From: Podarcis melisellensis | Lineage: Eukaryota | Reading direction: 5' to 3' (one strand) | Length of the DNA stretch: 64,000 nucleotides | Assembly: GCA_964234715.1 (NCBI GenBank) | Contig: OZ174288.1 | Shown here: positions 51,976-62,933 of the stretch, piece after piece | How the letters are laid out: each line of letters begins with the position of its first letter | How positions within the stretch are numbered: position 1 is the first letter of the stretch | Made by a program: the position numbers and the translations under genes | Notes under the pieces: model-generated | Databases searched by the model: none | Told to the model about the DNA's origin: nothing | Seen by the model: only the letters and a program-made list of their open reading frames with translations

Positions 51976-52038
51976 ACGGAGATCGCTAAAAGGCTGAACA
52001 CCATTCTAGCCCAGATCATGCCTTTTCTGTCGCAAGAG
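51976..52038 (+). CDS. TLE3: TLE3 coding exon 5 ([21 protein letters not shown])
   Basis: Long pyrimidine tract ending ttctttctag; 63 nt; donor GAG|GTAAGG; NTILAQIM matches TLE3 rather than TLE1/2/4 as I recall them. Confidence 0.98.
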
Positions 52039-52681
52039 GTAAGGATGCCAAGGGGTTTTGCTGTGGGAGAAGTAAGCCAAATCTGCAGAGGAGCCCTTTA
52101 GGGTTGAGACCAAATGCTCCTCTCATTTTAAAGACCTGGTTGCAGAGAGGAGGGCTGGACTGGTGCAGTAATGGGTCGATGGATAGACAGAAGAATCACC
52201 ACTTAATTTGGTCAAGTGTGGGATAATTGTTGACCCACCATTTTGCTTCAGTACCATCCTGAGCTACTTCTTTCTTAGCCAATAAATGCTTCCTGCAAGT
52301 TCCCCAGAGGATGGACTTGTGTCTCTGGGACTTGTCCACAAAGCAGTGTTAGCAGCCAGTTTTGAGAGCCAGTGTGGTGTAACTGTTAGAGTGTCGGTGT
52401 AAGATCTGGGAGAGAGCAGGGTTCAAATCCTCCAATTGACTCAAAAAAACTCACTGGGTGACTTTGGACCAATCATTGCCTCTTTCAGCCTAACCTACCT
52501 CTTGGGGTTGTTGTAGGGATTACATGAGGACCAGAACCTGGGGGAGACGAGGGTTCAAACTTCCCACTCAGCCATGAAGCTCACTGAGTGTGACCTTTGG
52601 AGGGCAGTCACAGCCTCTTGCCCTAACCCTAATTAGGTTTGAAACGATGAAATGATTTTTTCTACCCCCCCAAAAAAATTA

Positions 52682-52912
52682 CCGTATTTTTCGCTCTATA
52701 AGACACACCAGACCATAAGACGCACCTAGTTTTTGGAGGAGGAAAACAAGAAAAAATAATATTCTGAATCTCAGAAGCCAGAACAGCAAGAGGGATCGCT
52801 GTTCTGGTTTCTGGGATAGCTGCACAGCCTGTATTCGCTCCATAAGACACACGCACATTTCCCGCTACTTTTTGGGAGGGAAAAAGTGAGTCTTATAGAG
52901 CAAAAAATACGG
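52682..52912. mobile_element. Tc1/mariner (pogo-like) MITE
   Basis: TIRs ccgtatttttcgctctataagac / gtcttatagagcaaaaaatacgg; TA TSD. Confidence 0.88.
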
Positions 52913-53511
52913 TAAATGGCTGGGAGGGTGTTTGACTGCTTGGCCACACCCAGTGTTGACATATGACCCTCAGAGAGTTTTCTAAGAGGGATTGTGGCCT
53001 TTAGCCATAAAAGACTTCCCAGCCCCCTTTCCTTAGAGAAACGTACCAGAAGACAGGAAATACTGATGTACGACCAAATTCTTAAGAAGCAGCTTCTGAT
53101 CTCTTGAGTACATCTCTTCCCCTCTGTTTTTGTGAGTCCTTCGGGACACATCCACTCTGCAAATCTGGCTTTAATCACCAGGCCTTCCTTGCACAGGGGG
53201 TTCTTGGCAGCGTGGCATTGGGGCGAGGCTGATAATTGGCTATCAGAATTCTCTGGGGTGCCCCACAGACTTGGTAGTTCCCAGAATTCCCTTGGTGGGG
53301 AGTGTCAAAGTAGGAGCTGGGAGGGTCCAGGGTAAATCTCCACCCCTTGCACTCTGCCATGAAGCTCATTGGATGTGACGGGGGGGGCAGTCCCAGCCTC
53401 TCTGAGCCTAATCTACTTCGCAGGGTTGTTGTGGGGATTAAATAAGACAAGGGAGACCTGTGTACACCACCTTGAGCTCCTTGGAGGAAAAGTTGAGCTA
53501 TAAATTAAATA

Positions 53512-53719
53512 CAGTCATACCTCATGTTACGTTTGCTTCACGTTGCGGCTGTTCAGGTTGCGGATGTGGCAAACCTGGAAGTGTTTACATCCGGGTTCAT
53601 TGCCAGCGCACGCGATCTGCGCGCTTCGTGCATGCACACTAGTGGCACTCTACTTACAGACTTTTCGGGTGCAAATGGCACCCTGTAATGGATCGTGCTC
53701 ATAAATAGAGGTACCACTG
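53512..53719. mobile_element. Tc1/mariner MITE ending 87 bp upstream of TLE3 exon 6
   Basis: TA-cagtcatacctc...gaggtaccactg-TA. Confidence 0.8.
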
Positions 53720-53806
53720 TAAAGCCGAACCGGTGTACCTTTCGATTGTTGGCATTTTCCTTGCATGCAGGGTGCCTCAAGACTTTCTCTCTCTGTGTCC
53801 CCGCAG

Positions 53807-53911
53807 CACCAACAGCAAGTGGCTCAGGCTGTTGAGCGTGCCAAGCAGGTCACGATGACGGAGCTGAACGCCATCATCGGGGTACGTGGAGTTCCCAATC
53901 TGCCTCTCACC
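53807..53911 (+). CDS. TLE3: TLE3 coding exon 6 ([25 protein letters not shown] + optional [10 protein letters not shown]); alternative donors after 53881 and 53911
   Basis: Acceptor tctctgtgtccccgcag; proximal donor GGG|GTACGT (exon 75 nt) and distal donor ACC|GTGTGT (exon 105 nt), both phase 0. Confidence 0.96.
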
Positions 53912-55445
53912 GTGTGTATTACCCCTTTATTCCTATCATTTACCGTAAACAGAGACAGCCCTGCCCTCCCTGCCGTGGCTTCAGAGAAGGGCTGCGTTTG
54001 CAAACAACACTGCCGCTGCCCTGAGCTAAAAGCAGCCTCTCTGCTCGGCCCATGTTGCTGCTGTGTCTCCAGAGGGCTGGAGACCAAATGCCTGGTTTAA
54101 ATTTCTCCCAGCAGCCGGGGCAGAAAGAGCTTCCGTCTTGTTTCTTGCCCACACACATGGTTTTAATTATAATGTGCGCCCCCCCCCCCAGTTTGTTGGC
54201 TGCTGGGCTCTTGAGCAGCCTGAAGAGTGATCCTGTTCTTTATTTATTTCCCAAAACATTTTTTGGGCCACCATCGGTTCCATAAACTCATCCCCTGCCC
54301 TATAAAAAGCATTATTCAGAATAGCAGTTTGCACAGCCCGCTAAGGAAGACAATAATGCAATCAGGTTAAAACAGTGACAATTGTGCATTGATTCAAAAG
54401 CCAGTTAAAACTATTTAGTTGAATTAATTCAACGAAATTGATGAACATGATCCTGTGATGCCAGCTTTTCAAAGTCCAATAGTTGTTTAGTGACCTTCTG
54501 CCACCCCCTTGCCTCCTAGTGCCCCCCAAGTAATCCCACTGCCCCTGGGAGGGCAATACTGCCCCCTTTGAGAACCACTGCTTTCAGAGCATTTGTACCC
54601 TTCTCTTCAGCCAAAAAGGCTCCCGGAGGGGCATACCCAAACAAGGCAGCCCCTGCCTGCACAACTTAGAATCCCAAAAAGACATGGAACTCAAGGAAAG
54701 GGGACGGGGAGGGAAGAGGAAAATAAAATCTCCAATTTCTGAACACTTGTTCCTAGAATGACCTACTGGTGCAGTTCAAGGGCAGAAGATGCCCAATAGA
54801 GCTGGGCCTCCAGCAAATCTCTCCCATGGCATCAGTCTGAGGCAATGACTGCCCCCAGATGATAGTTGAAGGGGCCTGATGGAGCAAGCTCAGCTTCCCC
54901 TCCAGTCCTGGAGCTATTTCACCTCCAATGTGCAGATAAACTGTAAGAGGCAGGTGCCTTATACGGTGTATAAGGCCAATGTAGCTCAACACCATCTACA
55001 CCAGGGCGGTCTAACTTTTCATACCACTTGGGTCTCTAAAGTGCTTTGGCATGGAATCTGTTGGCTGCACACTGCCTTGTCCCACAAGGGGTGGGGGAAG
55101 CGAGGCCAAAATTTGACACCGCCCCCCCCCCCACAACCCATTGCAGTGCAGGAATTACAGCCAAATTTAACATGGCCCAGTTGGGGAAACCTGCTAAGAT
55201 GTAGATGGGCTGGCTGGCTTAATGCAAAATGGTGCCAACAGGGACTTGCCCCTCAGGGAGTAACTGTGGGCATTAATGGAATGTGCAAAGCATTCACTAA
55301 TATATATATATTTAATGCATTATTTCCTTACTTAAATCCCTCTGTGAATTTTGTTTTTTTAAAAAATATACATTCTTTGCAAGATGACCTTCCTTGCATG
55401 CCTGGCAAATCTAGAGCTAGACTATGAAATTAAGCCCAGAGTATT

Positions 55446-55535
55446 TGCTCCCTCAGCCAATAAAGCATGATGAACGCCGCAACCCTAGAGTCGGTCACGA
55501 CTGAACCTAATGGTCAGGGGTCCCTTTACCTTTTT
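55446..55535 (+). mobile_element. 5'-truncated Sauria SINE tail
   Basis: Last ~90 nt of the SINE with tttacctttt tail; flanking repeat TATTTGCTCC on both sides. Confidence 0.85.
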
Positions 55536-58500
55536 ATTTGCTCCTCAGCAGATCCTGCAGGATGCAATATGGGTAGCTTTGCTTCAAAACGTTCCTGAAG
55601 AATCTTGGAGTTCATTCTCCTTTGTGTTATACACACACACACACACACTTAAAAAATGGTCGTCAATTGCTAGCCCTTCTCCTGGCTTCGCTGAGGTCTG
55701 TTCTGTCTCTGTTTCGCCGTTGTAGTGCAATGTGTGATGTTGAACTGGGGCGGTTTGGTGTTTCCGTTGCCTTGCCTTGCTCCAGGAGGTGCTGCAGATC
55801 TTACAGGCTCTATCTAACTGGGTTTTATTTGCTGACTCAAAACACCTGCCGCTTCTGAGCTGATTCCTGGTTCTTTGGTAAACAGCCTCCCAGATGCATT
55901 GAGGCAGCACAGGTGTGGCTAACACTTTGTCCCTCCAGGTGTTGTGGACTGCAGCTGCCATCATCCCCATCTGCTGAGAGTTGTGGTTCAAAATAGAGTC
56001 CCGTGTTGGCTGCCAATGATGCAGAGTCAGGGCAAGAAGAATCCCTTTGGGTTTAGGTCACAGGGAAGCCAGGGCTTTGCCTTTGTTCAGCTGAGTCCCT
56101 CCCTCAATAATGGATGTTTTAGTTACTTAACTTCTTGTTCCTGTTGATGTTGCTAACATGACATGACCTGGAACTCTTTCCTGTTTGTTTTTCTGCTGTA
56201 GTTCTTCTGATTGTGAATGGTAGTATTTGGAATTCTACGTGTTTGTTTTCTCTCATGTTTGCTTGTAAAAATGAAGGTAGACGAACCCTTGGGTCAAAAA
56301 GCAGCCTTGCTATGACACCAGATCCCACCCGACCCCCCAAAAAATCCCACTGCCCCTTAACAAATTCCTTGTTTCCTAGGCATATTTTCTCTCTGTGTCT
56401 CTCTCTTCTTCCTGCATGGTTATAATGGCCCATGGAAATAGACTGCTTGCAACAGTGACGGCGAGACTGTTTTGCTCTGCAAAGGACTCCTTTGGTGGGG
56501 GGGGCTGTATTTTGGAGTGGAGGAACTTTAATGTGCAGATCAAAGCTTTCCCCATTCATTGCAGACAAAGGAATGTGATGACATATGGAAACACTTTGAA
56601 TGGGCCTTGTTCCTTCGTGGTGGGTGGGGCCCACTTCGCTACCCCTCTGGGTGCCTTGCAGTTGGCGCAACTGCCCTAGTCTCCAAATACCTTGAGACCT
56701 CTTCATACAGAGAGGCCTGTCAGGTCTACATTAGATTACTGCAAAGTGTTAAACGCTGGGCTGCCCTTGAAGACTGTTTGTGTCTGCAAACAAGCTTGTG
56801 CTTGTTTGCAGCCAGATTTTTGATGGTGGCCAGAAAGTCCAAACCTACGTTGCCAGTTATGTCCTGACTGTACTGGCTGCCAGATTGTTCTTACACCTAT
56901 GAAGTCTTAAGAGGGGCCAGGACCCTCATACCTTAGCCACATTGTTGTTTTTTCAGTCGGAGCTTGCCGGAACGGGCACCTCTCAGGTGGGCACCATTAC
57001 CATTATAAACGAACAAGGGAGGCATTTATAGTGAGTTCTTTTTCTAGAAAAATAGCTCTGCTTTTATAGGTCTTGGACTGCATGAGCTTTCCCAGATCTC
57101 ATCGTCTTAATCTGAGACCCTTCTCTGGGTGCCACACTTGAGATACCCAAAGGGTGGTGATGAGAGAATGGAACGGCCCTTCTCAGTGGTATCCCCATGT
57201 TTGTGGAACATTTCCTCCCCCCAAAATCCTGGGAGTTGTAGTTAAGGGTGCTGAGTATTGTTAGGAGACACATTCTCCTCACAGGGCTACTGTGTGCTTT
57301 GAGAATTAATCCTTCCTTCCCAGGGAACTCTGGGAATTGTAGCTCTGTGGATCTTGTGAATGCTGTTTGGGGGCTTTGCTGCTTGGTGTGGGGGAAGAGT
57401 GTGAAATGGGGTGGGGGGGGAGACACTGCTCTGTTCCTGAATGGGCTCCTCTTTTCAAAGGCTGCAAGGCAGGTCACAGCAGCCAGAGGCAGATATTGAA
57501 ATTCAATTTAGGTAAACAATGGAGGCCTCTGAACCCCCCACCCCACTCCCACCCTTCTCCAGCAGGTAATTGCTTCCTGGATGAGATGGAGTGCAAACCT
57601 CTCTCAGCTCTGCGAGTGGATAATGGCCCACCTGACAGATTTCTCCAAAGCAGGAATTATTGTGCTCCTGTGGATCTCTCTCTCTGACTCAGAAGGCTGA
57701 CAAGGTTGCGCTTGGCTTAGGCGGAAATGTAGCTTGCTTTCACATTTACTGAGGAAAAACCAAGAAATGACTCTTACCCAGGAGATTGAGGTGGTGGTGA
57801 GAATAAGAGAGAGAAGAGGAGGCAAAATTTCAAATATATGTATGGCTGACAGGAGTGGGGGCCTTGTCAGCATATTATACTTCTGCTTAGAGATCTGTCT
57901 TGGTTGCCAATTTGCTACTGTCCAAGTTCAGGGTGTTATTATTATATTATAAAGCCCTTAACTGTTGGGAATCTTACGTAGTGGCAGTTGTCCACAGAGG
58001 CAGCTTAAAGTCCAAAATAGTTTATTGCTGCAGAAGATAAGGCTTCAGTAACACAGTTCTGGATGTTGATAAATACATATAGCTTGTAGGCTTTGCAGAT
58101 ACAGAACATTAAGTATTTCTGTTGCTGCAACAATTCAAGACATTGTACAGACTTGAACTCACTTCTCAAGACTGACCTTGACACACAGCACAAGACACAT
58201 GAGCTGACATGCCTTTATCACCTATAGTTAGGCTTGGGCCATTAACATAGCAATTGCCTTGGCTGACCTTGCACTTGTTGGCTTATCTCATACATGGAGT
58301 GATTTATGCTTATTCCCTGTTTATTGATATCCGGCAGGTGCCTTCACTGTACACTCTTTGGTGCCTGCTAAAGACATTGTTGTTCAGACAGACCTACTAG
58401 CCATGATGGCTCTGCTCTGCTGCCATAGTTGGAGGAAGCAATGCTTCTGAATACCAGTTTCTGGAAACCACAGGAGGGGAGAGGGCTCTTGTGCTCGAAT

Positions 58501-59013
58501 CCTGCTTGCTGGTTTCCTCCAGGCATCTGGTTGGCCACTGTGAGAAGATGATGCTGGACCAGATGGGCCATATGCCTGATCCTGTAGGCTCTTTTTAGGT
58601 TCTTAACTATAACACTTGAAATGCCTTGAGCCTTTTTGGAGTCTCAAGAGAGACTTCCTGGATGATCTTCTATCCCTTGTTGCAGACTGAAGCAGCGCTC
58701 TCTTGATAACACTGGGAGCTGCCACGTAACAAGTCAGGTCCTTGGTCCATCTGGCTTAGTGTTGTCTGCGCTGACTGGCCGTGACTCTCAGGGAGTCTCT
58801 CCCAGTTCTTCTTGGCGATGCCATCTGGAATTGAATCTGGGCCTTTCTGCGTGCCAGGCACATGTTCTGCCACTTAGCTTGCGGTACATCTCCTATGGAG
58901 GCCTGTCTGGTGCATCAGTCTGAGAATGTGTCTCTTGCACATTATCCCCCCAACTTCCGTGTTTCTGGAAGGAACAAGCCGAGGGAGAACAATAGAGGCG
59001 GGTACTGTGTCTC

Positions 59014-59847
59014 CTTTGTCCATGGAGTTTTCTTGGCAGGGATACTGGAGTGGCTTGCCGGTTCCTCCTCCAGGTGGATCACGTTTGGTCAAAACTCTCC
59101 ACTATGACCTGTCCATCTTGGGTGGCCCTGCACGGCATAGCTCATAGCTTCTCTGAGTTATTCAAGCCCCTTCGCCACGGCAAGGCAGTGATCCATGAAG
59201 GGGCCACTGGGCCCATCACCTCCTGGCAAATCGAAGGGGGAGAAATGGAGGCAGTGAGAGATTTTACTTTCTTGGACTCCATGATCACTACAGATGGTGA
59301 CAGCAGTCACAAAATTAAAAGACGTCTGCTTCTTGGGAGAAAAGCAATGACAAACCTAGACAGCATCTTAAAAAGCAGAGACATCACCTTGCCAACAAAG
59401 GCCCATATAGTTAAAGCTATGGTTTTCCCAGTAGTGATGTATGGAAGTGAGAGCTGGGCCATCAAGAAGGCTGATCGCTGAAAAATTGATGCTTTTGAAT
59501 TATGGTGCTGGAGGAGACTCTTGAGAGTCCCATGGACTGCAAGAAGATCAAACCTGTCCATTCTGAAGGAAATCAGCCCTGAGTGCTCACTGGAAGGACA
59601 GATCGTGAAGCTGAGGCTCCAATACTTTGGCCACCTCATGAGAAGAGAAGACTCCCTGCAAAAGACCCTAATGTTGGGAAAGATTGAGGGCACAAGTAGA
59701 AGGGGACGACAGAGGACAAGATGGTTGGACAGTGTTCTTGAAGCTACCAGCATGAGTTTGACCAAACTATGGGAGGCAGTGGAAGACAGGAGTGCCTGGC
59801 GTGCTCTGGTCCATGGGGTCATGAAGAATCGGACACAACTAAATAAC
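59014..59847 (+). mobile_element. RTE-BovB insertion: inverted 5' terminus (59014-59203, -) fused to 3' RT/tail fragment (59202-59847, +)
   Basis: + strand ATGPITSWQIEG...KRRLLLGRKAMTNLDSILKSRDITLPTK...YFGHLMRREDSLQKTLMLGKIEG is the BovB ORF end; the upstream part is the reverse complement of the BovB 5' leader as recalled (ccccttcatggatcactgccttg...aaaactccatggacaaag). Confidence 0.88.
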
Positions 59848-61965
59848 CAGTCCCTGCGTCTAGCATTGCACCTTTTTGGAAGAAAGAACACATAAGGCAG
59901 AAGCATTAGAGTAATGCGCAACAAGACCACATGTTTGGCTCCCCCCCCCCCCGCTCCGCCTCACCCAGTCGCCTTGTGCACCCAGGGCACAATCATTTAT
60001 TTGTTTGTTTGCTGTGTGTTCCATAAAATTTATACGTCACTTGATTATAGAGAAACCTCAGAGTGGTTGACTTTCTGTCCCTCCCCACCCCTGCCTTGCT
60101 TCAAGCCTCTGAAACCGAGCCCTGGATTCACTTTGTAGCTCTGGAAATGATTAGAAGACTTGACTAAATTTAATGCAAGTGGTGAACCATTAAATCGGTT
60201 AACAAAGCCATGAAGCAGGATGTACATAATCCAATTAAAACCACTCTACATACCAAGATATTCAGCTGCCCAGACGTCCTTATATGGTGGCCGTAACCTC
60301 TCATATCCTAACAGTAATTCTTCCCTGCACACTGAACTTATGGCATCCTTTTGTATCCCCGTGATATTGAGATAAGTGCTCCCTACCCACCACCCAAGTT
60401 GGTTTTACGAACTTGCAAGCCATGGGTGTGAAGCCAGCCTTCCACCCAGATCAGGGCAAAACTGAGAGGGAGGGAGAATTTCCAGGCTTTCAACTTGCCC
60501 TGCATCATTTAACCTCCTTGCTTCCCAGGAACCCCACCTTGACCCATAGCAAATGAAAAGGATCTGGCACATTCTCTTTAACACACACCCCTCTCCCTCT
60601 CCCCTTTGCCCTGCCGGTGAGCCTGTGTTGTGCTATAGAGGTAACTGATCCCTGTTAAGTGATCTTGTGTAATCCGCTGAGATGAACTTGGGAGGCCGAA
60701 GGGACAGGACACCAAGAGGTTCCTAGCTTCAGGCAGCCGTCATGAGATCACTTGCACACTTATTCCTTGATTTGTTTCTATTTTTGAAAAATGATAAGAG
60801 TTGGAAGGGACCCCCGAGGGTCATCTAGTCCAACCCCCTGCAGTGCAGGAATCACACCTAAAGAATCTCTGGCAGATGGCCAGCCAACCTCTGATCAAAA
60901 ACCTCTGGTGAAAATGCATGTGTGCATATCACACTTTTGCTCGTGTTGTTTGTTTCAACTTGTGCAGGTTTGCCAAACACACAAGATACTGATATCAGGC
61001 AAACACCTTCACTTTACTGTTTTGGGCACCTCCTAAAAACATTTTTTTAAAGGCAAGCCTACCCAGATGTTGAGAAAGTTGATGCAAGTTTTAATCTGTT
61101 TTTAGTTTGTTATTTTAACCTTTTGGATATCTTAAATTATGGTTGGTGATTCTTTTTATTGATAACACTGTTTATCTTTTTTTTGCAAACCACTTTGAGG
61201 GTTTTATTTTTTTGCAATCCAGTGCTGTATAAATTTTGTGAAATAAGTAAGATTGGATTCCTAAAAAAAGAGAGAAAGTTTAATATTACTGCAGTTAATA
61301 ACCCCCAAAAAATTAATCTGTCCATAAGTAAATTAATATTAAATGCATACTGACAAATAATGCCATACAAGACCACACGGTTATGTGCAACTAATGGTGG
61401 GGGAGCTATCACCCCTTCATTTTTTACAATGGAAGTAGCTTTCCCCCTACTCCTGCTAACACACACTGAAGCACTGCAAAGTGCTCCCTTTTCTTGCCAC
61501 CCTGATTGTGAGGCCCAAGTGAGTGTGCTTAACTACCTGGCATTGAGCATGGCCTGTTCCCCCAGTGCCTGGCTGGGTTTGATGGGAGTGGCAGTGGAAA
61601 AACACCTGGAGGTAGGCAGCAAGTTGACAAAGACTCTCCTAGAGGAAAGGAGGGGATCATTAACTAAGGACAGGCGCAAGCTTCAGGTTTTCCAATGCTC
61701 TGGCAGGAAGGCAAATGCTATTGGTGCTGTTTTGGCCTTGGCTAGGATTGGGAAAGTTTGCATACCTTGATATTACCACCACCACCATCCTGCCTTTCAG
61801 GATGCTAAATCCTTTCAAGGTCACTGGCAACAAAACAAAAACCAGTGGCTATTGTGTGCTTCTGAATACCAGTTGCTAGAAGCCACAGGATGGGAGAAGG
61901 GTCTGCTTGAGGGTTTCCCACAGGCATTTGGTCGGCCACTATGAGAAGAGAAAACTGAACTGGAT

Positions 61966-62110
61966 CAGTGGCGTAGTGTGGGGGTGCAGGGGGGGCCGGC
62001 CGCACCGGGCACAACATCTGGGGGTTAGGGTTAGGGGGTGCCAATCCACGGGTTAGGGGCACAAATTACTTGCCTTGCCCTGGGTGCTGACAACCCACGC
62101 TACGCCACTG
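61966..62110. mobile_element. hAT-type MITE carrying TTAGGG units, inserted in a CR1 tail
   Basis: TIRs CAGTGGCGTAG / CTACGCCACTG; 8-bp TSD AACTGGAT / AACTGAAT. Confidence 0.88.
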
Positions 62111-62728
62111 AACTGAATGAGCCACTTAAGTGATCCAGCAGTCTCCTCTTATGTTCCTAATCTTGCCTGCATATTTCTTCTTCTTTTGATTGGTTTGCAG
62201 TTCTTGTTGAAAGTCGATCTCTCTCCTCCCCCTCCCTTCACTGCAGCCTACACTTTCACTTGCTTAATGTTTCATTTTAGGTTTGATTCCCCAGGCCTAA
62301 AGCAAAAAACAAACCTGGCCCAGGTTTGCCATTCAAATCTCAGAATTCCAGACTGCAGAGCTTTTAAGTACTGTCAGTAAAACTCAAGGCAATAAATGCT
62401 TATCCTTAGCACGTATCAAAGTGCATAACCTTTATACTGTTTCGCCTTTAAAAAACACACAATGTAAACTCAGTTGTATCTAGAATTATGGGTGTGATGC
62501 CCAAAAGTACATAAGCAACTTTTTACAACTTTGTATTTATTTTTTTCCTGCATGAAGGTTTGAAGTACTAACCTTTTCCCAGCCTTGCAGCCACCGTCCT
62601 TTCAAGCTCCAATTTTCCTTCCTTCCTTTTTTGTCAGTGTAATTTGACCATCTGGATTTGATTTGGCTTTTGTGAGAGTGATGCACCAGGTCTCCTCGCA
62701 GCGCTTCTTACCATTGGCTTTATTGCAG

Positions 62729-62933
62729 CAGCAGCAGCTCCAGGCCCAACACCTCTCCCATGCGGCCCATGGCCCCCCTGTTCAGCTCCCGCCTCATCCC
62801 TCAGGCCTGCCGCCACCTGGGATCCCACCGGTCACGGGGAGCAGCTCAGGGCTACTGGCTCTCGGGGCACTGGGGAGCCAAGCCCACCTGACGGTGAAAG
62901 ATGAGAAGAACCACCACGACCTGGACCACCGAG
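62729..62933 (+). CDS. TLE3: TLE3 coding exon 7 ([68 protein letters not shown]), GP region; gene continues beyond the window
   Basis: Acceptor ggctttattgcag; 205 nt; donor GAG|GTGAGG; sequence near-identical to TLE3 as recalled. No exon 8 seen before 64000. Confidence 0.97.

Noticed and set aside
59050-59895. BovB-derived ORFs as an active or domesticated reverse transcriptase
   Set aside because: Only the C-terminal part is present, interrupted by a stop at 59479-59481; the first ORF merely crosses the inversion junction
62020-62060. Interstitial telomere or chromosome fusion scar
   Set aside because: Only three TTAGGG units, all inside a MITE with TIRs and TSD
33307-62933. Assignment to TLE1, TLE2, TLE4 or AES/TLE5
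   Set aside because: [21 protein letters not shown] and [30 protein letters not shown] match TLE3 as recalled; a BLASTP would confirm
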